Below, in pieces: positions 25,236-39,894 of a stretch of DNA of 64,000 nucleotides (its first letter is position 1; each line of letters opens with the position of its first letter). A model generated the notes under the pieces. It was not told the DNA's origin. It saw nothing but the letters and a program-made list of their open reading frames with translations, and did not search any database. Location: positions 237,276,001 to 237,340,000 of the forward strand of contig NC_086097.1 of NCBI RefSeq assembly GCF_963921235.1. Direction: 5' to 3'. Source of the stretch: Mobula hypostoma. Its lineage: Eukaryota. Position numbers and translations under genes: made by a program.

Positions 25236-26284
25236 GTGAAATTTAAAATATACAATAAGAAGGAAATCCTATTTTTATCTTTCTTGAGTATGACAATAAC
25301 CTAATTGGATATCCGTAAGTATGGGGATACACCGAAGTAAAAGATTCTTCACCTACAATTAAGTAGGGTATCCCAACGCCACCTCCTGTGTTGTACATTA
25401 TAGATAACGGGCCGAGCTGCAACTTGTCATGTCTACATGTCAACTCACCATCAATCTCCCAATTCACCACTCAGCACTGCAGGGCAATCAGCTGATAGTT
25501 GCCATTTCATTGATTTTGCTGAGTTAAGGATAACCCCTTCTAACCTTTCACCCTCAGCCTATGACCTCTTGTTTTAGTCTCATCCAACCTCAGTGGAAAA
25601 GGCCTGCACTCCACCCAATTTTTAATACCTCTATAAGATCTCCATATTCTTTTAAGCACCATATAATTGTACATATTTCTACAAGACCTCTGAATTATTT
25701 TCACATTCAGCATATCTAAATTGGCAGCTTTTTGTTTTCTTCCCAAGATTATATAAATGATGCCAACGCAGATGGTACCCTCAAAAACTCAGGGCTGCCT
25801 CCATTTTTCCATCACACTGGAAGCAGAATTTATGATAAGAATTAAGCCGTGAGCCAGTAAAAAAAACATTATTTCCCTTGAATGCACCATAAATATCCCT
25901 GAAATGGCCCTTGTTGTGTTTCACTCAGGAATAAAATGTTCTTCAGTGACATAATGCTAAATAAAGACAGAACTACGCAATTGAATTTCAAGGCGTTCAT
26001 AATTTTCAGGTTACAACAAGTTGTCTATACTCACAGTTCAGCTTAAAGCTTGAAACATCAGGAAATTTAGATCTGCGTTTGTTTCACTTTGACTACCCTA
26101 TTTAACACAGTTAACAATTTGACTTTTACTGCTGACAGCCTAAAATTTAATTGTACCATTTGGAAAAAAGGATTGCTTAAGATATTCACTTGGGTAACCT
26201 TCCTTAAATTATTCTTGCATTTCCTTGTAGTTATATTTGATGATTTGAACAACCAGTGAACTTACAATAGGACAAAATTATTTA

Positions 26285-26515
26285 TTTGTTTATTTGGCTA
26301 CAGCACAGAATAGGCCCTTCTGGCTCTTTGAGCCGCAGTGCCCAGCAACCTCTGATTTAACCCTAGCTTAACCTACCAACCAGCACATCATTGAACCACG
26401 GGAGAAAACCGACACGGTCATGAGGAGAACATACAAACTCCTTACAGGCAGCGGTAGGAATTGAACCCAGCTCTCCTGTACTGTAAGGCGTTGTACAAAC
26501 GACTACATTACTGTA
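26285..26515 (-). mobile_element. V-SINE (HE1-like)
   Basis: (TTTA)n tail, aataggcccttctggc, gaattgaaccc B-box on the minus strand. Confidence 0.7.
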
Positions 26516-26744
26516 CACCTTGATTACATCCAAACTATTTCAATGGAAGACACTATTAGGTTGGCCACAGAAATGTAAAATCTCCCCATGATTCCTCTGC
26601 ATAATCCCTTGCAGCTTCACATAATCTTCACATTGTTTTTAAGCTTTCATTTATATAATCCCATCATATTTCCAACAGGACATTCTATTATTTTTCAGGA
26701 ATAAGATTCTTTTGTGAGAAAATACACAATTTGCTTATTGAGAG

Positions 26745-27020
26745 CTTTTTTATTTATTTTAATTTATTGTGAATCAGTGCGAAGTAGGCTCTTTCGGCCC
26801 GTCAAGCCGACCACCCAGCAACTCCCGATTTAACCCTAGCCTAATCACGGGACAATTTACAATGACCAATTAACCGACCAACTGGTGCAGGTTTGGACTG
26901 CGGGAGGAAACCGGAGCACCTGGTGGAAACCCACGTGTTCATGTGGTGAACATACAAACCCCCTACAGACAGTGGTGGGTATTGAACCCAGATCACCTGT
27001 GCTGTGAAGCATTGTGTCAC
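26745..27020 (-). mobile_element. V-SINE (HE1-like), near complete
   Basis: gggacaatttacaatgaccaattaacc...tttggactgcgggaggaaaccggagcacc...attgaaccc. Confidence 0.8.
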
Positions 27021-27642
27021 AGATATGAATGCCTTGAAATTCAACTGCATGATTCTGTTTTTATTCAACATTATGACACTTTCTGGCAGTCCGCACACTC
27101 AATATTTCAGTAAGACAAAAGCAGCCACTCTGTCCTCCCACAAAAAACTCAAGATCTCTTCAAAGTACAAAGTTTCGTGCCTTCATCGATCCCAAAGTGC
27201 ATTCAAATTTGGATTAGCCGAAGTGCATGTTAATCAAAGAGCTGTCAGTCCGATTGATTCCTCCCACGATTCAGGTTAGAGCGGAATAACCTTGGAATGA
27301 ATAAATATGAGTTTCTTGTGGCTAGGTCTCAGCCAAGGTATTTGAAGTTAAGTCTGGCTAAATCCAGTGCACATGGCAACCTTGATGTTTATTGCTTTAT
27401 TGTAATGCATAGTATATTAATTTGTTACTTCTGCATTGTCATTAGGGTTGAAAAATCAAAATAAGTAATTTTCAAATTTAAACCAAAGAACACTTAGGAA
27501 ACATTTGTTGGTTTGTTTGCCTTTACAGAGGGTGGCTATTTAAAGTGTCAGACTATATATGAAGAAAGGCAATCCTTCATGATTTTATTCAGAAGATTAC
27601 AGTATATATAACTTAGAGCATGAATAACACAATTCCTGATCA

Positions 27643-28131
<489 letters not shown>

Positions 28132-28289
28132 TTACATACCTAGAATTAGAATTCTTGGTAATAAAGAGCAAGTACTTTCTCAGAAGAAAGTAAATATCTC
28201 AGTTTACCGCACAGTTAGAGTGCCAAATGTCCACCATGCAAACTGGATTGTTATCAAGCTGCATTCAGAAAATAAAACTCACTAAGAGC

Positions 28290-29470
28290 GAGAGTGGAAC
28301 CAGTGGTCATGGGTTTAGGGTGAGAAGTGAAATGTTTAAGGGGAATTTCTTTACTTAGAGGATGGAGAGAGTGTGGAATGAGCTGCCAGCGGAAAATGGT
28401 GGAAGCAGATTCAGGTTCAGCACGTAAGAGAAATTTGGATAGGTATGTGGATGGGAGGGGTGTGATGGGCTATGGTCCGGGTGCAGGTTGATGAGTCTAG
28501 GCAGCATAATAGTTTGGTATGGACTAGATAGGCCAAAAGACTTGTTCTTGTGCTGTAGTACTCTATGACGCTATGGAGAAGGTCGTTCAGCACAGAACTG
28601 GTGAATGGTCATTGACTTGAAATGTTAGCTCTGATATTCTCTTCACAAATACTCGGTGACCTGCTGAGGACTTAGGGTGGGGTTTTACTTGTGGGGACTA
28701 AACAAAGAATCTGGAGTTATTGTGACTGATGCACTGAAAGTAATTGTAAGGTTCTAGGACTAGAGGGCACAGCCTCGGAACAGAAGGACATCCCTTTAGA
28801 ACAGAGATGAGGAGGAATTTCTTTAATCAGAGGGTGGCGAATCTGTTGAATTTAGTGCCACAGCTGGCTGTGGAGGTCACGTTATTGGGTATATATTTAA
28901 AGAGGGGTTTCATGGAGTTGATTAGTAAGAGTGTCAAAGGTGATGGGGAAAAAACAGGAGAATGCGGTTGAGAAGGATAATAAATCAGCCATAATGGATG
29001 GCAGAGCAAACTCAGTTGGCTTAACTCTGTTCCTAGGTCTTATGGACTTATGGAAAACATTAACAGAAGGTAGAGTGAATGGATTCCATTAGCAATGGAC
29101 CATGGAGTTATTTTCTTTTCTGCGATGGACTAGATATACAATAACATGAGACATTTTTGCTTTGAATTTTTGGCCACAGTTTAAGAATAAGGAGTAGACA
29201 ATTTAGAACGGAGTTGAGAAAAAAACTTTTTCACACAGAGGGTTGTGGTTCTGTGGAATGCTCTGCCTCAGAAGGCAGTGGAGGCCAATTCTCTGGATTC
29301 TTTCAGAAAAGAATTAGATAGAGCTCTTAAAGATAGCGGAGTGAAGGGATATGAGGAGAAGACAGGAAAAGGGTACTGATTGTGGATGATCAGCCATGAT
29401 CACAGTGAATGGTGGTGCTGGCTCGAAGGGCTGAATGGCCTACTCCTGCACCTATTGTCTATTGTCTATT
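28290..29470 (+). mobile_element. Cluster of three CR1 3' end fragments (about 28290-28570, 28750-29050, 29175-29470)
   Basis: Repeated RGH.L...FF.QRVV..WN.LP motif with CR1 3' UTRs (ctattgtctattg tail). Confidence 0.8.
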
Positions 29471-29657
29471 GAATTGGAAAGAGAAAGACAATAGATAAAT
29501 ATATCTGTAGCCATCATAGAAAAAAAGAGACCAATCAGAAGACAGTGAAATTAATGCTCACATATGCAAAGGTTTTAATTAATTTAACTGATTAATTTGG
29601 CTTCGTAGTTTTCCATTAAAAGAATAGAACTTTGTATATGTGATATTATTTCAGGTA

Positions 29658-30177
29658 GAACATAGAACATAGAACATAGAATAGTACAGCACATTACAGG
29701 CCCTTCAGCCCACAATGTTGTGTCGACCCTCAAACCCTGCCTCCCATATAAGCCCCTACCTTAAATTCCTCCATATACCTGTCTAGTAGTCTCTTAAACT
29801 TCACTAGTGTATCTGTCTCCACCACTGACTCAGGCAGTGCATTCCACGCACCAACCACTCTCTGAGTAAAAAACCTTCCTCTAATATCCCCCTTGAACTT
29901 CCCACCCCTTACCTTAAAGCCATGTCCTCTTGTATTGAGCAGTGGTGCCCTGGGGAAGAGGTGCCAGCTATCCACTCTATCTATTCCTCTTATTATCTTG
30001 TACACCTCTATCATGTCTCCTCTCATCCTCCTTCTCTCCAAAGAGTAAAGCCCTAGCTCCCTTAATCTCTGATCATAATGCATACTTTCTAAACCAGGCA
30101 GCATCCTGGTAAATCTCCTCTGTACCCTTTCCAATGCTTCCACATCCTTCCTATAGTGAGGCGACCAGAACTGGACA
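29658..30177 (-). mobile_element. Young CR1 3' fragment, same subfamily as 50737-53175
   Basis: ORF 29730-30143 is almost identical to the C-terminus of ORF 51757-53109; (TATGTTC)n tail. Confidence 0.93.
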
Positions 30178-31039
30178 AGTTCTGGACAAGGTAACAGTGA
30201 AAAAGGCTAAATCAAAACTGGTAATTTGGTTTGATATTTCATGTAATTAATGATGTATCTACAGGCTTTCCTCAGTAACCGTATGGAAGCTTATGGCTCC
30301 TCACAGGCTTGTATAAATGTAGAAGTCCTACAATATAACACAGTTAGTGTCACTCCAACTGTGTCCTAATGCTACATTCCCTGTGGCCAACAGCAGAACA
30401 TGAATATTGTAGCCTAGTGTTCTGGCTTCTCCAACTGGTTGTGATAGGGCTTTCTATTTACAGAGGATGAGACCCTGATCTGGTCAGATTCTTGTCAGTC
30501 TGGCTGGAGCTGGCCATAATGAGGATGTCTAAGTCAGTCAGGTGCTCAACAAAGGAGTGAAGGTTGCAGGTAAATGAGCATCATTTATGGGGAGAAGGTT
30601 ACTCCAAGGAAAGTCTAGGGCAATTTAACTGAGCAACCTTGGCTGTTCCAACAGTTGAAAGGGGTAAGGACTACATGTTAATCAGAATACTCGTTGTTTG
30701 CTAATTAGTTACTGAATATGCAAGATGCAAATCAGAACTGTGAGGTTAGACCACAAGCTGAGTAATAACACACTGGCAATATTAACCAAACTACAGACAA
30801 ATATAAGCACAGCAAAAGAACAATTTATGTAATCTCTCTGCGGTCATTGTTGGAACTGAAATGAGATAAGTGGAACCATGCAGAAGACATATAGAACAAT
30901 TTAGACTCCTGCTATCCAATGGGACTGATGAAGTGGGAATTAAAGCCCGTGTACTACACCCAGTAGAAGAAAAATAATTATGGATCTGAATAAAAACAAT
31001 TAAGAAAGCAACTAAATTGTCATTAATGTACAAATGGCT

Positions 31040-31482
31040 CGTCATATGAAGAGTGCCTAATGGCTCTGGGCCTGCAATCACTGGAATTCAGAAGAATGAG
31101 GGGTGACCTAATTGAAATCTATCATACGGTGAAAGGTCTTGATAGAGTGGATGTGGAGAGGATGTTTCCTATGGTGGGAGAGTCTAAGACCAGAGGACAC
31201 AGGTTCGGAATACAGGACCGAACTTTTAGAACAAAGCTGAGGACGAATTTCTTTAGCTGGAGAGTGGTGATTCTGTGGAACTCTTTGCTGCAGGCAGCCG
31301 TGGAGGCCAAATCTTTATGTATATTTAAGACAGAGGTTGATAGATTCTTGACTGGTCAGGGCATGAAGGGATATGAGGAGAAGGCAAGAGATTAGAACTG
31401 GGAAGAAAATTGGATCAGCCATGATGAGATGGCAGAGCAGACTCGATGGGCCAAATGGCCTAATTCCACTCCTATGTCTTAT
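31040..31482 (+). mobile_element. CR1 3' fragment
   Basis: ALGLQSLEFRRMRGDLIEIY...FFSWRVVILWNSLLQ. Confidence 0.85.
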
Positions 31483-32244
31483 GTTGCATATATCATTAAT
31501 ATCTATGCCACCAGGTTCAGGAACTGTTCTTATCCTTCAAACATTAGACTCCGTGACCAGCATGGATATCATTACTTGTCTGAACACTGAACTGATTCTA
31601 CAAACTACGGACTCACTTTTAAGGACTCTGCAACTCATGTTCTCAGTGTTATTTATTTATTATTATTTTGTGTGGTTTTTTTGGCAGATGTACACTTTAC
31701 CTTCTTTTACACAGCGGTTGTTTGTCCACTTGTTTGTACATAGAACAAAGAACATAGAAATCTACAGCATATTACAGGCCCTTTGGCTCACAATGTTGTG
31801 CCAACCAATTCTAGGAAACTGTCCTAGCGCAATTTGCATGTGGTTTTTCGTTTATTCTGTTTTGTTTCTTTTTATATACTGTGAATGCCTACAAGAAAAT
31901 GAATCCTAGGGTAGTATATAGCGACATGCAAGCACCTTGATTATACATTTAACTTGAATATTAAAACTTTGCTAACCCTTCAATGTGGTTAAATTTTATG
32001 TGCCTCCCCTGTACAGAACCAATGAATTAAATCACAATTGCTATAATAAATGTTGCGATTTTCTTGGGTTGGTTGACACATTCACCTGATTCTGGCAGGA
32101 GGTTGATAAGTGTATTCAAATTGGGGTGATGTCACTGTGCTGAAATTCCAAAGCAATTTTAACTTCCCAAACAGGTGGGCCTCGCATTCAATAAAATGTA
32201 GAGCATAACTAAGAAAGGCAAAATATCTATCTTTCTATATATTT

Positions 32245-32470
32245 ATTTATTAGCGATTTAGGATGTTTACAGGCCCTTCAGGCTCAACGAGCCTGCTCTG
32301 CTCAATTACACCCGTGTCCTTGGAATGAGCGAGGAAACCAGAACACGCGGAGGAAACTCACATGGTCATGGGTAGAATGCATACACTCCTTACAGACAGC
32401 AGTGGGAATTGAAGCCAGGTTGCTAGCGCTGTGAAGACTAACTCTAACTACTACGCTAGTGTACCACACC
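32245..32470 (-). mobile_element. V-SINE fragment
   Basis: gaggaaaccagaacacgcggaggaaactcac...gggaattgaagcc. Confidence 0.65.
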
Positions 32471-33449
32471 ATATATCAAGAATAAATCAAGAGCTTTTTT
32501 TTAATGAAGCCTGCAGTATATAGGATTTTTGATCTTCATAAATCCAGAGAGTGGGCAGATAAGCAGCTAGTAGGATTTTACCGAGGTATTACAATTAAAA
32601 AGAACTTCTAAAATATGGGCGGATAAACCACTTAATTCTCAACTACAAGTTAAAATTCTCCGTGTGATGCATGTAATCTTGTAAATCTGCAGGACAATTT
32701 TAGCTCTGAAATTGTCTCACTGTCATCTAATACCAAAGGGTTAGCTTTTAGGAATTATTTTTTGTATAATTGAAAGGATTATAGAGCTCCAGTATGGAGT
32801 TATCCAACCGCAAAACTGGAAAATTGATGCCTTTCTTATTCAAAGTTGGCATGAAGACAGCACATTTAAGAATTAAATTTTCTTATTTTCTCTCATGAAG
32901 GCATTGACTCTTGATTGAATATGGATCTACGGCTGCCAGCTGCTCCGTGCTTCTCATCCATCTGGGCTTGACAGCAAACGTTGCCAAGCTATCTGAATGC
33001 AAAACACTTAGGCAAGTCCAAATTCATAACTTTACTTGAAACCGGTACAGATTACTGTCTACTCTGGTTAATGATCATGAGTAGACCATTGTCAACGTTG
33101 TTCCCCCTAGTTAGTTTAATTAATATCTTCGGCACCAGTTGTAACATCATTACAACTGTAAAGTCAGTAACAATCGAAACTCAAATTCCTGAGCTGTGAA
33201 AATTAGTCATCTTGTGGAATGAAATTTACAGGCTTTGCTATATTGTCTACCAGATGACCAACAGGAGAAGAAGTATTAGCATTTATACATTATCTTTTGC
33301 TACACCATTGTACATTATCTTTTTATATAACATCCCAATCTGCTTTATAATTCTTCAGACTGAATATTGGGGGAAAGGAAGATTTGAAAATGTTAGCCTC
33401 CATGTTTGTAAAAATATCTTTGTATTGATAAGACTGCTGGAAATACCCA

Positions 33450-33690
33450 CTGCTGCCTGTGAGGAGTTTATATGTTCTCTCCGTGACCATGTAGGCTTCC
33501 TCCGGGTGCTCTGGTTTCCTCCCACAGTCCAAAGATATACCAGTTGGTCATTGTAAATTGTCCTGTGATTAGACTAGGGTTAAATTGGGGGTTGCCAGGC
33601 AACGCAGCTCGAAGGGCTGGAAGGGCCTATTTTGCACCGCATATGAATGAATGAATGAATGAATGAATGAATAAATAAATAAATAGAAGA
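33450..33690 (+). mobile_element. V-SINE with (ATGA)n/(ATAA)n tail
   Basis: ggcttcctccgggtgctctggtttcctcccacagtccaaaga...gaagggcctatt. Confidence 0.8.
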
Positions 33691-34850
33691 ATAAGTGAAT
33701 AAATACATCTAGCCGGTTTAAGTAAGTAAAAGTTTAACATTCAAAGTAACTTCAAAGTAAATTTATTTTCAAAATGTGCATACACCATATACTACTCCGA
33801 GATTCATTTTCTTGCAGGCATTCATTGGAGAAGAAATACAACACAATCAATGAAAAGCTACTTAATGAAAAGGTCTTACAAAGAATGAATGTGCAAAAGA
33901 AGACAAACTGTGCAAATACAGAAAAAACAATAACAATATTAAATAAGTTGAAAATTAATAACACTGGGAATATGAACTTGAAGGTGAGACCACAGGTTGT
34001 GGAATCAGTTCAGTGTTGAGGTGAGTGAAGTTATCTGGTCTGGTTCAGGAACCTGAGGTTTGAGAGGTAATAACTCCTGAACCTCATGGTGTGGGACCTA
34101 AGACTCCTGTACTTCCCACTTGATCATAAGAGTGAGAAGAGTGGGATGATGGCTGTTCCTCAAAGTGGATGCTGCTCAATGGTGTAGATGTGATGGTGCA
34201 GAGACCTTTATTCAAGAAGAAAAGAAACAGCATTTGGCCTTCAAGAAAAAGAAGGAATTCCATTAAATTATATTGTTTGAAATTAAAAGTTGCAATGCAG
34301 TGAACAAAACAGTATGCATAAATTGCAGTGAAATTATTGATATGATGATTTGCTTTAGGTTATGATTTTGGAATAAATATTTGCCAGGGTATTGGGGATG
34401 AGTCACTATTCTTCAAATTAATGCTGATGAATTATGTATGCCCATTTAATAGAACTGATAAGAATTTCTTTGGTATCTCATTTTGACATGGTTAAAAATT
34501 CCTGACATCTTGCTTAAACTTTACTCCACTGTCACCCAACGATGCAAAAGGTAATTATGAGGCTTCAGTTAAGATCAAGCTGATCCGAACTGAGATCCTT
34601 TCATTGTATATGGTCGAATAGTACATGGATCAAATGAACTTTTCCATTTTTAGCACTTATGTTGATAAACAAATTGTTCTGCACTATAGATAAAAATGAA
34701 ATTCAGCTTCTCAGTTCTTAGTAAAATACTTCTCCTCAATGAAACTTAAACTATATTTATCTACCCAGATCTTTGGTTTTGTCATTTTGGTGATGCTTCA
34801 TTTGTTCTTTTTATGTTCTTCCATGACATTCCTGACTTAAAAACAACATG

Positions 34851-35469
34851 CACTCAGTGATCACTTTACTATATACTTCCTGTACCGAATCAAGTGGCCA
34901 CAGAGTGTCTGTTCATGTTCTTGTGCTGCTGTAGCCCATCCACGTCAAGATTCAACATGTATTGGATTCAGAGATGCTCTTCTGCGCACCACTGTTATAA
35001 CACATGGTTATTTCGGGTCACGGTGATGCTAGCAATCCTTGATAATATTTTGAAAACAAATGTACTTTGAACTTTGAGTTTCTATCACCTTCCTGTTAGC
35101 TTGAACCAGTCTGGCCATTCTCTTCTGATCTCCCTCATTAACAAGGTATTTTTGCACACAGAACTATCACTCACTGGTTGTTTTGTTGTTTTTCGCACCA
35201 TTCTCTGTAAGCCCTAGGGACTGTTGTACATGAAAATGCCAGGATATGAGCAGTTTCTTGAGGTACTCAAACCACTCCATCTGGCACCAACAACAATTCC
35301 ACAATCAAAGTCACATTTCTTCCCCATTCAAATGGTTGATCTGAACAACAACTGAACTTCTTGGCAATATCTGCTTTTAAGCACTGACTTGCTGCAAATG
35401 ATTAGCTGATTAGATAATTGCATTAACAAGCAGGTGTACAGGTGTACCTAATAAAGAGGACACGGGGTG
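34851..35469. mobile_element. Tc1-like non-autonomous DNA transposon (MITE)
   Basis: Ends cactcagtgatcactttactatatac and gtacctaataaagaggacacggggtg are degenerate inverted copies of CACTCAGTGGCCACTTTATTAGGTAC; flanks TG / TA. Confidence 0.7.
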
Positions 35470-35822
35470 TATTCTTTATCATGGATTTCCTTCCTTTTCT
35501 GTTGAGAAAAGAATGTTTCTTTTGTTATTGGTTAAAACATATCTAAATCTGCCAAGATGTATTTCTGGCAGTCTATCAATAAAAAAATCTTTTTACAAAA
35601 ATGGAGGCCAACATTTTCAAATCATTCTTTTCCATTATGAAACTATTTCAATGCTTCAGGCTGAAAAATTGCCAGCAATAAGAATGAAGCACTTAAAACT
35701 GCAGCAGAAAAAGGGATTTCCAAACAATATTACAATACGGATTAGACTGTACATACATTTCAAACATATCACCACAAATTCAAAAAAGATTTTAAAGCAG
35801 AAAGTCAAAAATGACCACACTA

Positions 35823-36092
<270 letters not shown>

Positions 36093-36892
36093 CTAGATTA
36101 CATCACCCACTTCACCCATTTTCAGAAGTGCACCAATTTGTTTACATATCAGAATCAGAATCAGGTTTAATATCACCAGCATGTGTTGTGAAATTTGTTA
36201 ACTTTGCAGCAGCGGTACAATGCGATACATGATAATAGAGAGGGAGAAAACCTGTGAATTACAGTACATACATAGGTATTAAATACTTAAAGTAAATAAG
36301 TAGTGTTAAACAGAATAAAAAATGTAGTGAGGTAGTATTCAAGGGTTCAATGTCCATTCAGAAATTGGATGGCAGAGGGGAACAAGATGTTCCTGAATCA
36401 CTGAGCGTGTGCCTTCAGGTTTCTGCACCTCCTTCCTGATGGTAGCGATGAGAAGAGACCACATCCTGAGTAATGGTGGGCGCCATAATTTTGAGACACG
36501 AGTCCTTTGAGATGTCCTGGATACTACTTAGGCTAGTGCCCATGATGGAGCTGACTAATTTTACAACTCCCTGCGGTTTACTTCGATCCTGTGCAGTAGC
36601 CTCCCAACCATACCAGATGGTGATGCAGCCAGTGCATTTTCCACCAGAGTAAGCAGATGAACCATATGCTTACTGTATCTTCACATTTGTAACAGTATCA
36701 AGTTCAGCTTCTGCTTTAGCACAACTGCTGCCAGAAATCTAGATTCATTGATTATGACTATTCCAAAATGTTTTTTTGCACAGTTTGTTGTCTTTTGTAC
36801 ATTGGTTGTTGACCATCCTGTTGGGTTGTGGTTGTTTATTGATTCTATTCTGCTCCTTGTATATACTGTGGACGCCTGCAAGAAAATAAAGC

Positions 36893-37350
36893 TGATGCTG
36901 CCTGGATTGGAGAGTGTGCCTTACGAGAATAAGTTGAGTAAACTTGGCTTTTTCTCCTTGGAGGGTGAGAGGTGACCTGACAGAGGTGTATAAGATGATG
37001 AGAGGCATTGATTGTGTGGATAGCCAGAGGCTTTTTCCCAGGGCTGAAATGGCTCACACGAGGGGGTATAGTTTTAAGGTGCTGGGAAGTAGGTACAGGG
37101 GGGATGTCAGAGGTAAGTTTTTCACACAGAGTGTGGTAGGTGTCTGGAATGCACTGCCGGCAATGGTGGTGGAGGTAGATACAATAGGGTCTTGTAAGAG
37201 ACTCTTAGATAGGTACATGGAGCTTAGAAAAGTAGAGGGCTGTGCAGTAGAGAAATTCTAGGCAGCTTCTAGAGTAGGTGACATGGTCAGCACAACACTG
37301 TGGGCTGAAGGACCTGTAATGTGCTGTAGATTTTAATGTTCTGTGTTCTA
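36893..37350 (+). mobile_element. CR1 3' fragment
   Basis: MLPGLESVPYENKLSKLG; RGDLTEVYKMMRGIDCVDSQRLFPRAEM... Confidence 0.88.
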
Positions 37351-38169
37351 TGTTCTCCAGTGTATACTGTATATAGTGCCATATATATACTCAGATCATA
37401 AATTTACTTTGAACTTGGTCTTGCAGGCACTGAGTGCAAATCTCTTATACGACTCCAGCCCTGTAGCCCTGGTGCTTTACACATCCCCCACTCTCTACAC
37501 ACAGCAATTGACAATTGCCCCTCAATTATCAATAGTGTAGATTCTTCAGTACCCTCTCTGAAATCAATCTTTTCATTCTTCACCCTCCAGATCCTCCACA
37601 AAATCCTTCTTTATTCCATTCTGTTCTATAAAATCATAGTCATCACTCATTTTGTGGCATGGAGAATTTGGTTCAAAAGTCTAACTTTCCCGCTGGTTGA
37701 GAAGGGAATATTTTGGGTTATCTCACTTCTTAGCTTATGGTCAACTGTTTCATGGTTTACAGGACTTAAAGGTGCTTTTTTAAATGTAATCATGGTTTCT
37801 TACCCCACTCTCTTTCAGGTGGTGAGCTCAAGCTGCTCAAAAGACCTTAAGACACAGGATCAGAATTGGGCCATTCAGCTTATCGAATCTGCTCCCCCAT
37901 TAAGTCACATCTGCCTTGTTATCCACCTCAGCACCATTCTTCTGCCTTCTCCATGTAACCTTTGATGCCCTTACTAATCAAGATCCACTTTTAATATACC
38001 CAATGACTTGGCTTCCATAGCTCTCTGTGGCAATGAATTAACTTGAATTTATGTTGCTTCATGACACAAAACTGTTAATCTTGTTCATCATGACTCCACC
38101 TTTCTTAACTTATTCAGCTCAATTAAATCTCCCGTAACTTTCTGTACTCTGAATCTAACAATCATAGTT

Positions 38170-38495
38170 AGTTATTGACCGTTATGCCATTAATATTTAG
38201 GGTGCAATGAAGGTCCTGGGCCATATAACTGCCACACACAGATACAGAAGGATTCTTCATTGCTATTTCCGTAGCATTTTTTCTTGACCAGTTAGGGTTG
38301 CTAGCCTTGAAGTGAATCCCTGAAGCTGGAGGACCAATAGGCCGCTCTTTGTTTACTCTACCCTTTGATCTCTTTGGCATGGGTGACTCTACCAAGAGGC
38401 AAAGCACAAAGCCCTGACTCCAGCCAACATAGCTCTCCAGGTCATTGAGACGTGGAAGCCTCCAAACCCTGCAACAAGGTTGTGGTCTTCTTGGA
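38170..38495 (-). mobile_element. RTE-derived bipartite short element (second copy of 61080-61510)
   Basis: Reverse complement matches acaaccttgttgcag...ctatgttggctgga.tcagggcttt.tgctttg.ctcttggtag. Confidence 0.65.
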
Positions 38496-39894
38496 AGTAA
38501 CAGTCATAGGCCTGGTCAAATTCTTCTTGTAAAATAACCTTAGCAACATCTTCATAATGGAGACATAAGATGTGGTAGATACTGGAATCTGGAGAGGACA
38601 GAAGATGCTGGACATAAGCAAAAGTCTTGACCTGAAATATCAAATGTCCATTTCCTGCCATAGATTTTTCTGACCCACTGAGTTCCTTGAGCATCTTATG
38701 TGTAACATCTTCATAAACTTTTTATATTGCTTTCTTAGCCTCATACAGATGTCATATCCTTCCTCTATGGTGTCAGCAGAAATCCAATGTGCATGTCTTA
38801 TATATGCTATATCTATCTTATATGTGTTCTATATGCTTTGTGCTGTGTGTGACTGCTGGTACTGTGATTTGCACCTTGGCCCTGGAACAACACTGTTTTA
38901 CTTGGCTGTATTCATGGTAATCATATTATGGTTAATGATAATTAAACTCAGACTATTGAGCTATTGTCTTTGTTTTAATTTTATATCTTAGGTTTTTTTT
39001 TCTCTGTGGTAAAAGTGCAACAGAAAGGTTGCAAAAATGTCACAATTTTTAAACATTAGCTTTCCAGCTCAGTGCAGTTTGCAGATTGTGGAAGAAAAGA
39101 GTAGCATTTAATGGCATTCCTTTTAGCCATACAACATTAATAAAATGTATTTTCATGTGAACAATGCATACAGCTGAAAAATAACAGCTTGTGTTTTAAT
39201 TTTGAGAACCAATGTTAATTAATCTTATTTGAAATATTTATCAACAGATAGGAGCTTCAAAAGGCAATAATTTGTGAGTAGACGGATACTAATATTCCTA
39301 AAATATGTTCAACAGCAACAAAACCACCACATTTTTCCCTGATGAAAATTATCTCGCAAATAATTTAAAATTAAAAGTCATCAAAGTAGAGGCTCAAAGC
39401 TTTAGGAACAGCTTCTTCCCCTTCATCGTTAGATTTCTGAATACAACCAAGCTCTCTTTTAACACAAAGCCATTCTCGACCTCTCCCAATCAGCTCGGCA
39501 ATTAGACCGATGCAGCATCACACCCGGGTTAGTTTAACGGGCATCGAAGCTGCTCTGCATCGATTCCTCCTCTCCGAATCATTCACTCCAACTCCACCTG
39601 AGTCGACTTTGCAAGACACCAGCATGGCTGATCCCTCAAATTCGCTTGCCTCTTCATTCTTTGTGGTGATAGTTTACCACAATTTACTTCAGAAACGGTG
39701 TTATTCATAATGTTTTTAGCCCAAGTGACAAGGTTCCATGAGAAAGACGTGAACAAAACAGGTTCCGAATGTCAAGAGTTTGCAGACTTACGCAAGCAGT
39801 TTCTCTCTGAGAAATATTTCAGCACATCTCGTGGCCCTTGAAGCTTTGCTTCTGTATGAGCTGCCTGAAGGCCAAGCTACAGAAGTGCCATTCA

